A stretch of 64,000 nt of DNA from an uncultured Methanosarcinales archaeon (GTDB taxonomy: Archaea > Halobacteriota > Methanosarcinia > Methanotrichales > Methanotrichaceae), in the NCBI GenBank assembly GCA_963843555.1, contig CAWJKV010000005.1, forward strand, positions 160,001-224,000, given 5' to 3'. Shown piece after piece: positions 1-9,380 of the stretch. How positions within the stretch are numbered: the first letter of the stretch is position 1; each line of letters opens with the position of its first letter. Position numbers and translations under genes: made by a program. The notes under the pieces are model-generated. The model was not told where the DNA came from, ran no database searches, and worked only from the letters and a program-made list of their open reading frames with translations.

Positions 1-628
1 CCGGGTCCACGTCGGCTGGCTTGAGCCCCTGCAAAACCACCGCACCGGGCTTGAGGTTGCTGACTCTCACTGCCACCATGGGCGATTTGCCGGACCGGAC
101 GCCAGTAAATATCAGGGCTCGAGCCGTGCTTCGCCCATAGATCTTCTGGAACTGGTCGGGAAGCATCTCCACAATGGCCTTCATGCTGTCTATTACCGTA
201 TATCCCCAGATGGTGATATCCGTCCGGCCATAGATGACCTCGGCTTCCAGTTTGCCTGCAATATCCTCGAGGGGGAGAGGCTCCTGGTACTCGCAGACAC
301 TGCATATGGAATCAAGGCCCAAGATGTCGCCCCACATATTCTCATAGGCGCGCAGGACATTGCAGCCCCGGCTTTCATCCACTCTCAGCAGCGCATCGAT
401 GATCTTGCTGACGATCATTATGCCCGGTGACTTTCTCCTGCCGCTCTCATAATCGGAGATGACGGAAGGGGATATGCCCAGATGATTGGAGAGGTCGGTC
501 TGGGTTATGCCGAAGTTGCGCCGCCACTTCCTCAAGGTGTCGCCGGGACTCTGGGACAGGGTGATCTCTCCTGCAATCTTTTCAGCCAATAGTCCTCGTG
601 CGTTGGAGATCTCCCCACCTGATTTCAT
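1..628 (-). CDS. XRE-type HTH transcriptional regulator (archaeal COG1709-like); 3' end runs off the window
   Basis: Manual translation from ATG at 628: MKSGGEISNARGLLAEKIAGEITLSQSPGDTLRKWRRNFGITQTDLSNHLGISPSVISDYESGRRKSPG..., later GKSPMVAVRV. Missing from the ORF track because there is no stop in the window. Confidence 0.85.
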   Translation of the reverse strand, partial: MKSGGEISNARGLLAEKIAGEITLSQSPGDTLRKWRRNFGITQTDLSNHLGISPSVISDYESGRRKSPGIMIVSKIIDALLRVDESRGCNVLRAYENMWGDILGLDSICSVCEYQEPLPLEDIAGKLEAEVIYGRTDITIWGYTVIDSMKAIVEMLPDQFQKIYGRSTARALIFTGVRSGKSPMVAVRVSNLKPGAVVLQGLKPADVDP

Positions 629-709
629 AAAGCAACAACTGGTTAAACTAGGATATAAATGTAGCGAAAAAATTCGGCATTTAACGTAACAATGGCCGGA
701 TGAAAGAAG

Positions 710-807
710 TGCGTCGACCGGGATTCGAACCCGGGTTGTAGGCTTGCTTCGCAGAATCAGATCTTCTGCCTGGAAGGCCCAAGTCATAACCACTAGACCA
801 TCGACGC
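710..807 (-). tRNA. tRNA-Gly(TCC) with 26-nt intron (745-770) at canonical position 37/38
   Basis: Cloverleaf GCGTCGA/TCGACGC-A; anticodon arm TGGGC-CTTCCA^A-GCCTA; T arm CCGGG-TTCGAAT-CCCGG. Intron GGCAGAAGATCTGATTCTGCGAAGCA forms a bulge-helix-bulge. Confidence 0.95.
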
Positions 808-860
808 CCGCCCTCTTAGTCTCACAGGTTGAACTTAACTGTTTCGATCCAAATCCCCTT

Positions 861-1220
861 CTATGTGATATCCGGCTGTAATACCATTAATTTGATATAT
901 TCTACCATGACGGGAATCTCTTTAGCTGCCAATGGCTTCCAGTCTTCATCGACCATAGGAACCCAGGCGCCACCCTTTTTTTCAAAGCTGAGTATGTCAT
1001 CGAGGCTGCAAAATCCGGAAGCTATTCCATCTGTCTTATTCACGAAGAAGCCAAAGAACCTCTTGCCGATCGGACCATACTCTGCCAGATACCAGTGCAT
1101 TTTCTTTTCGTTGTAGAGATGCAGATAAATCCTCTCTTCTCCAATGCAATAGTGATCAAAGGTTAAGGATGGAAGCCGGGCCAGATCGCCCGGATTCAAG
1201 TCGCAGAATTTCTTGTTCAA
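861..1220 (-). CDS. Hypothetical protein, possibly DUF2958-like
   Basis: 119-aa ORF, TTG start with GGAGG upstream; WYLAEY..FFGF..GFCSLDDI resembles DUF2958 by eye only. Confidence 0.55.
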   Translation of the reverse strand: MNKKFCDLNPGDLARLPSLTFDHYCIGEERIYLHLYNEKKMHWYLAEYGPIGKRFFGFFVNKTDGIASGFCSLDDILSFEKKGGAWVPMVDEDWKPLAAKEIPVMVEYIKLMVLQPDIT

Positions 1221-1408
1221 AACACATGCCTCCCAGGTTGAATGTCAGTCACGTATGCACCTCAATTTATGATCCTCAATAAGTCTCTGCCCCTCCTGCG
1301 GTCTACACCGTGTGCGTGAGTTCCTGATCCCCCCTCAGGGCGGAGAAGTGGAGTCGCTCCCTCAGATAATTTGATATATGGGAGACCGCGAAGAGCAATC
1401 TGAGTAAG

Positions 1409-1948
1409 ATGCTGAATGCCCTCATTGTCGCCTTCTGGCTGATGCTGCCCGCCTATATACCCAACAATAGCGCAGCGCTCTTCGGCGGAGGCATGCCACT
1501 GGACATGGGTCAGACCTTCCAGGATGGACGGCGAACTCTTGGCGACGGCAAGACTTTTCGAGGAACTATCGCGGGAACAGCCTGCGGCATCCTGATGGGG
1601 CTCCTGCAAAACCAGATCGCACCGGTGTTAGGTCTGCCGACCTTTGGCACAGGATTCGAACAACTGCCCGTTCTCTTGGGCCTCTCCCTGGGGGCGATGC
1701 TGGGAGATATTGTGGCTGCCTTCTTCAAGCGCCGCATGGGGCTGAAGCGCGGTGCGCCTCTTTTTGTGATCGACCAGATCGACTTCGTCATTGGAGCCTG
1801 GCTGCTCACCATAATCCTCGCGCCGCAATGGTTCTGGGAAAACTTCACCCCATTGATAATGCTGATTGTGTTGATAATAACCCCCATTCTGCACCGCGTC
1901 ACCAATATCATAGGCTACAAGATAGGAGCGAAGAGAGAACCCTGGTAA
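1409..1948 (+). CDS. carS: CDP-archaeol synthase
   Basis: [56 protein letters not shown]; hydrophobic. Confidence 0.93.
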   Translation: MLNALIVAFWLMLPAYIPNNSAALFGGGMPLDMGQTFQDGRRTLGDGKTFRGTIAGTACGILMGLLQNQIAPVLGLPTFGTGFEQLPVLLGLSLGAMLGDIVAAFFKRRMGLKRGAPLFVIDQIDFVIGAWLLTIILAPQWFWENFTPLIMLIVLIITPILHRVTNIIGYKIGAKREPW

Positions 1949-2000
1949 GCGCACCATTAGCCGCTGCCGCCATAGAAATTTTTTCCACACCAGTTATCGC

Positions 2001-2015
2001 GAAAGCTTTATAAGT
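2001..2015 (+). promoter_or_regulatory. Probable BRE/TATA promoter of the mtr operon
   Basis: GAAAGCTTTATAAG ~90 nt upstream of mtrE; GGAGGAGG RBS before the ATG. Confidence 0.6.
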
Positions 2016-2099
2016 TCAGGTAATTGATACCAAGAGCGTCATAGCCAATTTTATCGTGGAAAACTATAAAATTGGTGAAATGAAAAGGAGGAGGAATAA

Positions 2100-3005
2100 A
2101 TGGACGCATTTAGCATGGGACTTGTAGCTGCTATGGGAGCCCTTGCGACGGTTGCGGGCGCTTCTGAAGATATAGAATCAGATATAGGATCTCAGAGCAA
2201 TCCGAACTCGCAAGTACAATTGGCCGCCCAGGTCGGCAACCCCCACAGGATTTATAACAAGGCCATCTCGGGAGAACCCCCGGCCAATGCCCTGTGGTGT
2301 GCCACTGCTGCTATGGTAGCCTATACGCTTATTACTGCCTTCCAGATGCCCGCACTGCTTGCCCTGGTGGCAGGCGCATCCGTTGCCGCTCTATTCAACG
2401 GTGTCTTTTCAATGAGCGCCTATTTTGGCAGGAATTCCAGCCAGGCTAGGTTCAACCAGTGGGTCTATCTGGATATCGTCAGGTACACCACGCCATCCAT
2501 TATGGCGCATGCCTGGATAACATCGTTTTGTATTGCAACTATATCTTACATCATGGTATACATGCTGCCAACACCACATCCCTTCCCGATGGCAATCATC
2601 GCTCTGATCTGGGGATTGGCTGTTGGTGCTATCGGCTCCTCGGTGGGCGATATTCACTATGGTGGCGAGCGCGAGTTCCAGAACCGGCAGTTCGGCTGCG
2701 GTCTGAACACCATGCTCTCCGGCCAGATTGTGAGGAAAGCTGAGGCAGGCCTGAGAAACTCCATTGATAACGCCTGGTTCTGCACCAAGTTCGGCGGACC
2801 GGCAACAGGAATGGGCTTCGGCCTCACGGTATTCCTGGACAACTGGAGAACAACGGTATTTGATCCCGTAACTCAGGCGACTTATGCCATTCTCATGGGA
2901 GTTTTCTTTATCATTGTGATGATCGCTTATAACTTCTACATAGAAAAGTCCGTCCGGGCAAAATATGGACCCTATCCGGAATACAAGGGGGATATTGCAG
3001 CATGA
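2100..3005 (+). CDS. mtrE: Tetrahydromethanopterin S-methyltransferase subunit E
   Basis: EDIESDIGSQSNPNSQVQLA, NKAISGEP, GDIHYGGER, WFCTKFGGP motifs; first gene of operon. Confidence 0.97.
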   Translation: MDAFSMGLVAAMGALATVAGASEDIESDIGSQSNPNSQVQLAAQVGNPHRIYNKAISGEPPANALWCATAAMVAYTLITAFQMPALLALVAGASVAALFNGVFSMSAYFGRNSSQARFNQWVYLDIVRYTTPSIMAHAWITSFCIATISYIMVYMLPTPHPFPMAIIALIWGLAVGAIGSSVGDIHYGGEREFQNRQFGCGLNTMLSGQIVRKAEAGLRNSIDNAWFCTKFGGPATGMGFGLTVFLDNWRTTVFDPVTQATYAILMGVFFIIVMIAYNFYIEKSVRAKYGPYPEYKGDIAA

Positions 3006-3691
3006 ACTTCGATGCTAATACTATTGTCTACATTCTGGAGATCCTCGTGGGTGGACTCCTGGTAGGCATTGGTGTTCACTTTGTGCCGGTGGGTGGCGCT
3101 CCCGCCGCCATGGCTCAGGCAGCCGGCATCGGTACGGGCACAGTGCAGCTCGCTGCTGGATCAGGCCTGACAGGGCTACTGGCAGCCGGACTGATGATGT
3201 CAGTCACAGACAACCTCTGGCTCATTCTGGCCTCAGGAGCTGTTGGCGCAGGAATCATGATGGGCTCTACCATGCTCACCGGCTCCTGGATCTATGCTTA
3301 CGCCGTGGGAGCACCCTTTGCCTCGGCCAAGGTCAATTATGACCCCATAACCGGATTTTCCCAGCCGCCTTATGTGGCTCCGGGAACGGTTGGCCAGGGC
3401 ATTCCCACCATCTGCTTCGTCAGCGGCATCATCGGCGCTGTATTTGGAGGCTTAGGTGGCGCTATGATCTACTATCCGCTCTATCTGATCAACGGCAATG
3501 CCGCTTTGAGCGCCATGTTCGCCATTGGTATCTTCCTGGTGAATGCCGTTATTGCATCCTGGAACATCCAGGGAACCATCGAAGGCTTCCACGACCCCAA
3601 GTTCAAGAAGTGGCCCTTCGCCTTCAAAGCCTGCGCCATAGCCAGCATACTGCTCGCTCTTGCGTCAGTGTTGATCACGGGAGGTGCCTGA
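3002..3691 (+). CDS. mtrD: Mtr subunit D
   Basis: VHFVPVGGAPAAMAQA.GIGTGTVQLAAG; GTIEGFHDPKFK. Confidence 0.97.
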   Translation: MNFDANTIVYILEILVGGLLVGIGVHFVPVGGAPAAMAQAAGIGTGTVQLAAGSGLTGLLAAGLMMSVTDNLWLILASGAVGAGIMMGSTMLTGSWIYAYAVGAPFASAKVNYDPITGFSQPPYVAPGTVGQGIPTICFVSGIIGAVFGGLGGAMIYYPLYLINGNAALSAMFAIGIFLVNAVIASWNIQGTIEGFHDPKFKKWPFAFKACAIASILLALASVLITGGA

Positions 3692-3692
3692 A

Positions 3693-4499
3693 ATGTCATT
3701 CTTATCTGACATGGATCCCAAGAAGCTGAGGATGTACGGTCTGGTCGGCTCAGTGGTGGGAATATATCTGGGTTCTATCCTCAACAGTGCCCTGGACACC
3801 AATGTATTCTCCTTTATCGGAGCCGTAGCCGCCATCTTTGCCGTAGTCATGGGAGCCAACGCCGTGAGAAGAGTCTGTGCTTACGGTATAGGCACTGGAG
3901 TTCCATCCATCGGTATGCTTGCCTTAGGTATGGGCATAATTGCCGTCATGTTCGGACTTTCTGTGGCTGAAACCTTAGGCATTCCACTTCTCGGCCCCAT
4001 TATCACGCTGGTCTATGCCGGAGTCTTCGGTTACATCATCGGTGTCATCGCCAATAAGGTCATCAAGTTCAACATCCCTGTCATGGAAGAGGGCAATGCT
4101 GACCTATCTATGGCAGGTGCAATGGCCCTCTTAGGCTGGAGCTTTGCCATATCCGGCACATTAGGCTACGATGCCATCTTGAACACCGTTCTTAACACCG
4201 GCTATATCGCCATCATCTTCATCGCCGGCGGTCTCGCCATCCTGCATCCCTTCAATGCTAATCTCGGCCCGGATGAGAAGCAGGATAGAACTCTGGTGAA
4301 TTCGGTCATGGTGAGCGGAGTTGCAATGATCGTCACGGGAATCGCGGCCATCGCAACGCAGGGCTTAGCGGCTGGACTGTTGCAGCTTGTCATCGGCTTT
4401 GCCATATGGTTCTACTTCTTCAAGATGTACTACCGTCTGGTCAAGAGAGATGCATCCGCAGTGGTCGGAACTGGACTATTGCCGCCAACGGTGCAATGA
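3693..4499 (+). CDS. mtrC: Mtr subunit C
   Basis: VRRVCAYGIGTGVPSIGM; ILHPFNANLGPDE. ATG at 3693 chosen because it follows GGAGGTG. Confidence 0.96.
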   Translation: MSFLSDMDPKKLRMYGLVGSVVGIYLGSILNSALDTNVFSFIGAVAAIFAVVMGANAVRRVCAYGIGTGVPSIGMLALGMGIIAVMFGLSVAETLGIPLLGPIITLVYAGVFGYIIGVIANKVIKFNIPVMEEGNADLSMAGAMALLGWSFAISGTLGYDAILNTVLNTGYIAIIFIAGGLAILHPFNANLGPDEKQDRTLVNSVMVSGVAMIVTGIAAIATQGLAAGLLQLVIGFAIWFYFFKMYYRLVKRDASAVVGTGLLPPTVQ

Positions 4500-4511
4500 G
4501 GAGGTCTAGAT

Positions 4512-4865
4512 ATGGGATTTGTTAGAGTTTCACCAGAACTGGGCCTGATCTTCGACCCCATGAAAGGAGTGGTTTCGGAGCAGAGGGCGGATCTGGTTCT
4601 GTATACTTTCGACCCGGTTTATGACAGAATAGAAAAACTGGACAAGATAGCCGATGACCTGGTCAACCAGCTTGTGCCGGACAACGAGCTTCTCAGTTCG
4701 TACGCCCACCGAGGCAAGGCCTCCTACATCGCCGGCCTGTACACCAACATATGGATGGGCTTCATCATCGGCCTGGTAGTATCCTTCGTGGTGCTGCTGT
4801 CCATGGCGTTCACCGATCCGGCAACCCTTGAGATCGTAAAGAAGGCATTGGGCGGAGGTGCTTAG
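4512..4865 (+). CDS. mtrB: Mtr subunit B
   Basis: VRVSPELGLIFDP N-terminus, one C-terminal TM helix, operon position. Confidence 0.93.
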   Translation: MGFVRVSPELGLIFDPMKGVVSEQRADLVLYTFDPVYDRIEKLDKIADDLVNQLVPDNELLSSYAHRGKASYIAGLYTNIWMGFIIGLVVSFVVLLSMAFTDPATLEIVKKALGGGA

Positions 4866-4867
4866 AA

Positions 4868-5599
4868 ATGGTACTCAAAAAGAAGCCATCTGAACCCTGG
4901 CCGACGATTACCGGCGAATATGAAGTCGGCAATCCGGAGAGCCCTGTCGCTGTTTGTACCTGCGGCTCGCATCTTCATGGCGCCGATCTGATCAAGGCCG
5001 GCGCAGCTCTTGCCGGACCGTGCAAGACGGAGAACATCGGCATAGAGAAGATGGTGGCCAACGTCATCTCCAATCCCAACATCAGATACGTAGTGGTTAC
5101 GGGAATGGAGGTCAAGGGGCACATCACCGGACAGGCTGTCGAGGCTTTTACCCAGAGCGGAATTGACAAGGAAGGAAGGATCATTGGAGCCAAGGGAGCC
5201 ATTCCCTTCATCCAGAACCTGACGCCCGAGTCAATTGAGCGCTTCAAGAGCCAGGTGCAGACGGTCATGATGATGAACACCGAGGACATGGGAGCCATCA
5301 CCGGCAAGATCAAGGAGCTGGTCTCCAAGGATCCCGGCGCTCTTGACGTAGAGCCCATGACCATAGAGATCAAAGAGGGCGGCGAAGAAGAAGTGGGAGC
5401 AGGTCTCCGGCCCATGGCCGCAGAGATCGTCGAGGTTCGCGGGAGGATGCGCGGCATAAATACTGCGGTCACCAACTCCGGTCTTCTCAACAAGCTGCAA
5501 GCAGGCATCTATGCCGGCAAGATCGAAGGCATTGCTCTCGGCATGACTACGGTCCTCGTCCTCTTCGGATTAATTCTCAAGGTGGCAGGAGGGATGTAA
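4868..5599 (+). CDS. mtrA: Mtr subunit A (corrinoid protein)
   Basis: GPCKTENIGIEKMVANVISNPNIR; EVKGHITGQ; GAKGAIPFIQN. Confidence 0.97.
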   Translation: MVLKKKPSEPWPTITGEYEVGNPESPVAVCTCGSHLHGADLIKAGAALAGPCKTENIGIEKMVANVISNPNIRYVVVTGMEVKGHITGQAVEAFTQSGIDKEGRIIGAKGAIPFIQNLTPESIERFKSQVQTVMMMNTEDMGAITGKIKELVSKDPGALDVEPMTIEIKEGGEEEVGAGLRPMAAEIVEVRGRMRGINTAVTNSGLLNKLQAGIYAGKIEGIALGMTTVLVLFGLILKVAGGM

Positions 5600-5600
5600 A

Positions 5601-5828
5601 ATGGCTGAAGAGATTGCATACGGCCAGGGAATAGCGTCCGTGGTCGAGCCCAATATGCCTATGATTGATGCAATAGTAGAGGACATAAGGTACAAGGGCC
5701 AGCTTTTGGCCAGAGAGACCAAGCTGAGCTCCGGCGTCCTGGCTACGGTATCAGTAGGATTTGCCATTGGCTTTGTCCTCGCTATTGTGATGATGCTGGC
5801 GCCTTTCGCCTTAATGGGGGGGCTGTAA
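5601..5828 (+). CDS. mtrF: Mtr subunit F
   Basis: VEDIRYKGQLLARETKLSSGV plus TM helix. Confidence 0.93.
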   Translation: MAEEIAYGQGIASVVEPNMPMIDAIVEDIRYKGQLLARETKLSSGVLATVSVGFAIGFVLAIVMMLAPFALMGGL

Positions 5829-5831
5829 ACT

Positions 5832-6077
5832 ATGGCAGAAGATATTAAGCCGGTAATACCGGTTGCCGTAGTCGACCCTGATCAACTCAGAGACGTAATG
5901 GCAAAGCTGGACAAGATCGAGGAGAAGATCGAATTCTACTCCTCAGAGAAGTACATGAGAGCCGGCAAGTCCATCGGCAGAGATCTGGGCATAGCCTATG
6001 GTGTCTGCGCAGGGTTGATCTTGACTTTAGCATACATACTGTTCGTATACGCAGGCAATTGGAAAGCGGTGATTTGA
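5832..6077 (+). CDS. mtrG: Mtr subunit G
   Basis: KLDKIEEKIEF..GKSIGRDLGIAYG. Confidence 0.94.
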   Translation: MAEDIKPVIPVAVVDPDQLRDVMAKLDKIEEKIEFYSSEKYMRAGKSIGRDLGIAYGVCAGLILTLAYILFVYAGNWKAVI

Positions 6078-7013
6078 ATGTTCAGATTTGATAGGAAGCA
6101 GGAAGTCTTCGATTTCGGTAAATTCAAGATAGGAGGCCAGCCGGGCGAGTACGCCACATGCTGCATCGGCACCATGTTCTACGCCAGGCACAAGATCGTC
6201 TCCGATCCGGAGCATGGAGTCTTTGATGCGGCAGCTGCCGAGAGACTCTGGAATGCACAGGTTGAGATGAGCGATGTCACAGGCAACTCCTGTATGAACC
6301 AGATAGTGGCCGAGAGCAACGAGGCCATGAAGAAGGAGATCGACTGGTTTGTAGGTCTATCGGATTACCCGTTCCTCATCGACTCCTCTGCTCCTGAGGT
6401 GCGCGCCTTCGGCGTCAAGTACGCCACTGAGATCGGCGTGGCGGATAGAGCAGTGCACAACTCCATCAACGCCTCCATCACAGATGAGGAGCTGAAGGCA
6501 GTCAAAGAGAGCGATCTCAACTCAGCTATCGTGCTCGCCTTCAATGCCATGGAGAAGGGAACCAAAGGCAAGATGGATATCCTGACCAAGGCTGCCGGCG
6601 GCGCCAAGAAGGGCATGCTGGAGTATGCCAAAGAGTGCGGCATCACCAGGCCGCTCATCGATACTGCCGCCATGCCTCTGGGAGCCGGCTCAGGCGCAAC
6701 CTATCGTGCCTGCATTGCCGTCAAGGCCCAGCTCGGCCTTCCGGTAGGCGGAGGATTCCATAACGGAGCCTCGGCCTGGGACTGGATGAAGAAGTGGAAG
6801 AAACAGCACAAGGAGGCCTTCGCTCCTGTCGATATCGGCTCCAACCTGGTGGCCGGAATCGTGGGTGCTGACTACTACCTCTACGGGCCCATAGAGAACG
6901 CCCCCATGATCTTCCCGGCAGCAGCCATGGTGGATATCATGAAGGCAGAGTCCGCAGAAGAGCTGGGACTGGAAGTTCTGGCTGAGAAGCATCCCCGGAA
7001 GACGACCCTTTAG
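6078..7013 (+). CDS. mtrH: Mtr subunit H (methyltransferase)
   Basis: MFRFDRKQEVFDFGKFKIGGQPGEY..GTMFY; LYGPIENA. Confidence 0.97.
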   Translation: MFRFDRKQEVFDFGKFKIGGQPGEYATCCIGTMFYARHKIVSDPEHGVFDAAAAERLWNAQVEMSDVTGNSCMNQIVAESNEAMKKEIDWFVGLSDYPFLIDSSAPEVRAFGVKYATEIGVADRAVHNSINASITDEELKAVKESDLNSAIVLAFNAMEKGTKGKMDILTKAAGGAKKGMLEYAKECGITRPLIDTAAMPLGAGSGATYRACIAVKAQLGLPVGGGFHNGASAWDWMKKWKKQHKEAFAPVDIGSNLVAGIVGADYYLYGPIENAPMIFPAAAMVDIMKAESAEELGLEVLAEKHPRKTTL

Positions 7014-7018
7014 GTCGC

Positions 7019-7039
7019 TTCTTTTTTTCTTTCTTTTTT
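7019..7039 (+). terminator. Oligo(T) archaeal terminator after mtrH
   Basis: TTCTTTTTTTCTTTCTTTTTT just after the mtrH stop. Confidence 0.6.
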
Positions 7040-7706
7040 GGGGGTTTTCTTGCCCCGCGTTATTGTAAAGGCCGTTTTTGAAGATATCAAATTCCAGTGC
7101 CAGAGGTGCGGCTCCTGCTGCCATCATAAAAGGCCCCTGGAGTTCGATGATCTTGTTCCCATGGATCAACTGAAAGAGTTTTGGGAGAAGTCCAATCTGA
7201 TCTACCTCACGGAAAAGGATGTCAGAGCCATTTCCGAAAAGACGGGCAAAAAGGCTGCAGATATCGTTGATACCCTTTATGACTATGACGGATGTTATGT
7301 TAAAATTATGGATAAGGGAAGCAAGGTAATCCTCGACCTGCCGGTTATGAAAAGCAAAGAGGATACTACCTGCATCTTCTACCGGGAAGGCTGCACCATC
7401 TATTCTGTGCGACCTATTGCTTGCCGGCTTTTTCCCTTCCGGGTGGAAGAAGAGACCATGCCCAATGGAGATATTCTTCTTCAAATTGACTGCAACCCCA
7501 CCTGCCCGGGCGTAGGAAAGGGAAAGAGAGTGGATAAGAGGAAGCTGGAAAAGCTGGTGGTAGATCAGTTCCTGCAAAGAACAGAGGACATAACCCCCCA
7601 TATTCAAAGGCTTAAGGCCTCAGGAGAAATCGGGGCCCAGACCAGTGTATTCAGAACTCTGCCGGGAAGGCGAGCCAAGAGATCGTCGTCTCATCAGAGT
7701 CAGTGA
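7038..7706 (+). CDS. YkgJ-family cysteine-cluster protein
   Basis: FQCQRCGSCC..CIFY..CTIYSVRPIACRLFPF..CPGVGKG; start codon uncertain. Confidence 0.85.
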   Translation: MGVFLPRVIVKAVFEDIKFQCQRCGSCCHHKRPLEFDDLVPMDQLKEFWEKSNLIYLTEKDVRAISEKTGKKAADIVDTLYDYDGCYVKIMDKGSKVILDLPVMKSKEDTTCIFYREGCTIYSVRPIACRLFPFRVEEETMPNGDILLQIDCNPTCPGVGKGKRVDKRKLEKLVVDQFLQRTEDITPHIQRLKASGEIGAQTSVFRTLPGRRAKRSSSHQSQ

Positions 7707-7848
7707 GCTTCGGTATCACTTCTTACGATCCACATTTAATTAAAAAATATATTTATTTATTCTGAACTCCTGAGGAATCAGAACCCCAAAGGGAGAGGTT
7801 CGTACTATTCAGAGCCCAGGGCTCAGATAGCTGCTTGCCGTTCAAGTT

Positions 7849-8004
7849 CTATGCCAGATGTCCAGTCAGAGCCGCAACCATGAATACGATTGCAGATATG
7901 AGGATGGTGTAAAATCCGGCATCCTCTGATGAGATTGCTCCATGAACTTCGATATCGTGCCCAACTAAGGGAGGTTCGTTGTGTATAAAGCCAGCCATAT
8001 TCAT
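7849..8004 (-). CDS. Small putative membrane protein (51 aa)
   Basis: Manual translation MNMAGFIHNEPPLVGHDIEVHGAISSEDAGFYTILISAIVFMVAALTGHLA; C-terminal TM helix; below ORF-track cutoff. Confidence 0.5.
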   Translation of the reverse strand: MNMAGFIHNEPPLVGHDIEVHGAISSEDAGFYTILISAIVFMVAALTGHLA

Positions 8005-8359
8005 TTCCTATACAGCAGACCTCGCCGATTTCTGAAGATCGCCGTACAAAACTCTATGAGATGCATTCCATTATTTAACCTTTCCCAATAATGATCGATT
8101 TTTTCGATTAAAAATTGACTCAATAGATGAATTGATCTCAATGTTCTCCCTTTAATGCCAAAAAAATTTTTGGCAATTTGGTTTTTTTGTTAAATACCTT
8201 TTTTACCAAAAAAACCAAACAAAAGGCGCTAGAAGAATGGCGAGAACGGGGGCAGCCAAGCTGTCGGCGAGAAATGTAATGATCAGCAAAAAGTTTATCA
8301 TGGTCGAGGTCTAATGGGCGCCTTGGCTAATCTTTCCAATTCCCCGGAGGTGAAAAGAG

Positions 8360-8473
8360 ATGGATATCATGTCTCAGATATACGCTATTATAATATTTGG
8401 CATACTAGTCGTAGCCCTGCCTACGATCCTGAACAAGTGGTCGGATAAGAGGTCGGGAGTAAGGCAGTCTTAA
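8360..8473 (+). CDS. Small putative membrane protein (37 aa)
   Basis: MDIMSQIYAIIIFGILVVALPTILNKWSDKRSGVRQS, preceded by GGAGGTGA RBS; TM helix then basic tail. Confidence 0.6.
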   Translation: MDIMSQIYAIIIFGILVVALPTILNKWSDKRSGVRQS

Positions 8474-8725
8474 TAAAGTTTTCTTTTCCAGTCCTGGCCA
8501 AGCCAGGACTGCTATTACTTACTTTTCTTCGAGTTCCAGGCCAACTAATTCGCAGCTGTTTTTCCTGAATGCTCGGCATGTTGCCAGACACTTCTTTGAC
8601 AATCCAGCCGCAGCCCTGGCGCTGATGCAAAAATAAATGCTGAATTGGCCCTACAGCTGGCAAATCTTCCATAGCTTTTAATACTGATAAAGGCAAACCA
8701 AAAGACAAAAAGGCACGGCGAGCAA

Positions 8726-9175
8726 ATGCCCAGCGTCAAATATACCAGAATAGAAATAACCCAAGAGGCATACATGGCTTTAGAGGCGGAAGCCATCCTA
8801 CAAGGGAAGACCTTGAAGAAGCTCGCGTCGGAAATGATAATGAAAGGGGCTTCCAAAAAGGCTCTAAATTTTGTCCAGGAATCTACCATTTCAATCGAAG
8901 CCAACTTGAATTTTAGCAGAGATAGACTATCAAAAGTGATAAACGATATCGGAACAACAAAGATGAACATCGACGAGAGCGTTATGGAGAACGTCCAACA
9001 GAGCCTGGTTGATGAGGGATATCAAGGTGCAATGTTGTATGTGGCTCAACATACGGCATCGATGCAAAGGGATGAGCTCTTTCGGATATTGACAACCTGT
9101 CAACTCAATAGAGTGCCTTCAGCGATGGCTGTGGATATCATTAAGAGTTTGAGGAGAATGCAAGGCGGCAAATGA
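8726..9175 (+). CDS. Hypothetical protein: RHH-like N-terminus fused to a helical domain paralogous to 52184..52462
   Basis: YTRIEITQEAYMALEAEAILQGKTLKKLASEMI fits a strand-helix-helix pattern; C-terminal 82 aa align without gaps to the 52184 protein. Confidence 0.75.
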   Translation: MPSVKYTRIEITQEAYMALEAEAILQGKTLKKLASEMIMKGASKKALNFVQESTISIEANLNFSRDRLSKVINDIGTTKMNIDESVMENVQQSLVDEGYQGAMLYVAQHTASMQRDELFRILTTCQLNRVPSAMAVDIIKSLRRMQGGK

Positions 9176-9380
9176 GCATTATATAAGTGCATCCTGAAAA
9201 AGGGATTATCGTCTTGGTCTATACCAAATTGTTCTCGGAGTTTCAATCCGCTCCAAGATATCATGTGGCCACAAGAAATCCCTATGGATATAGGCTCCGC
9301 AAACTATTTCTATCAAAGTTTTTATACGCAGAAGACCATATTCAGCATCGAAGAGAATACCGCATGCAAGATAAAATGGA

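Noticed and set aside
6690..7607. 305-aa minus ORF and other long antisense ORFs (9987, 14226, 41767, 48657, 53922, 56123)
   Set aside because: Shadow frames of well-supported opposite-strand genes; no recognisable motifs.
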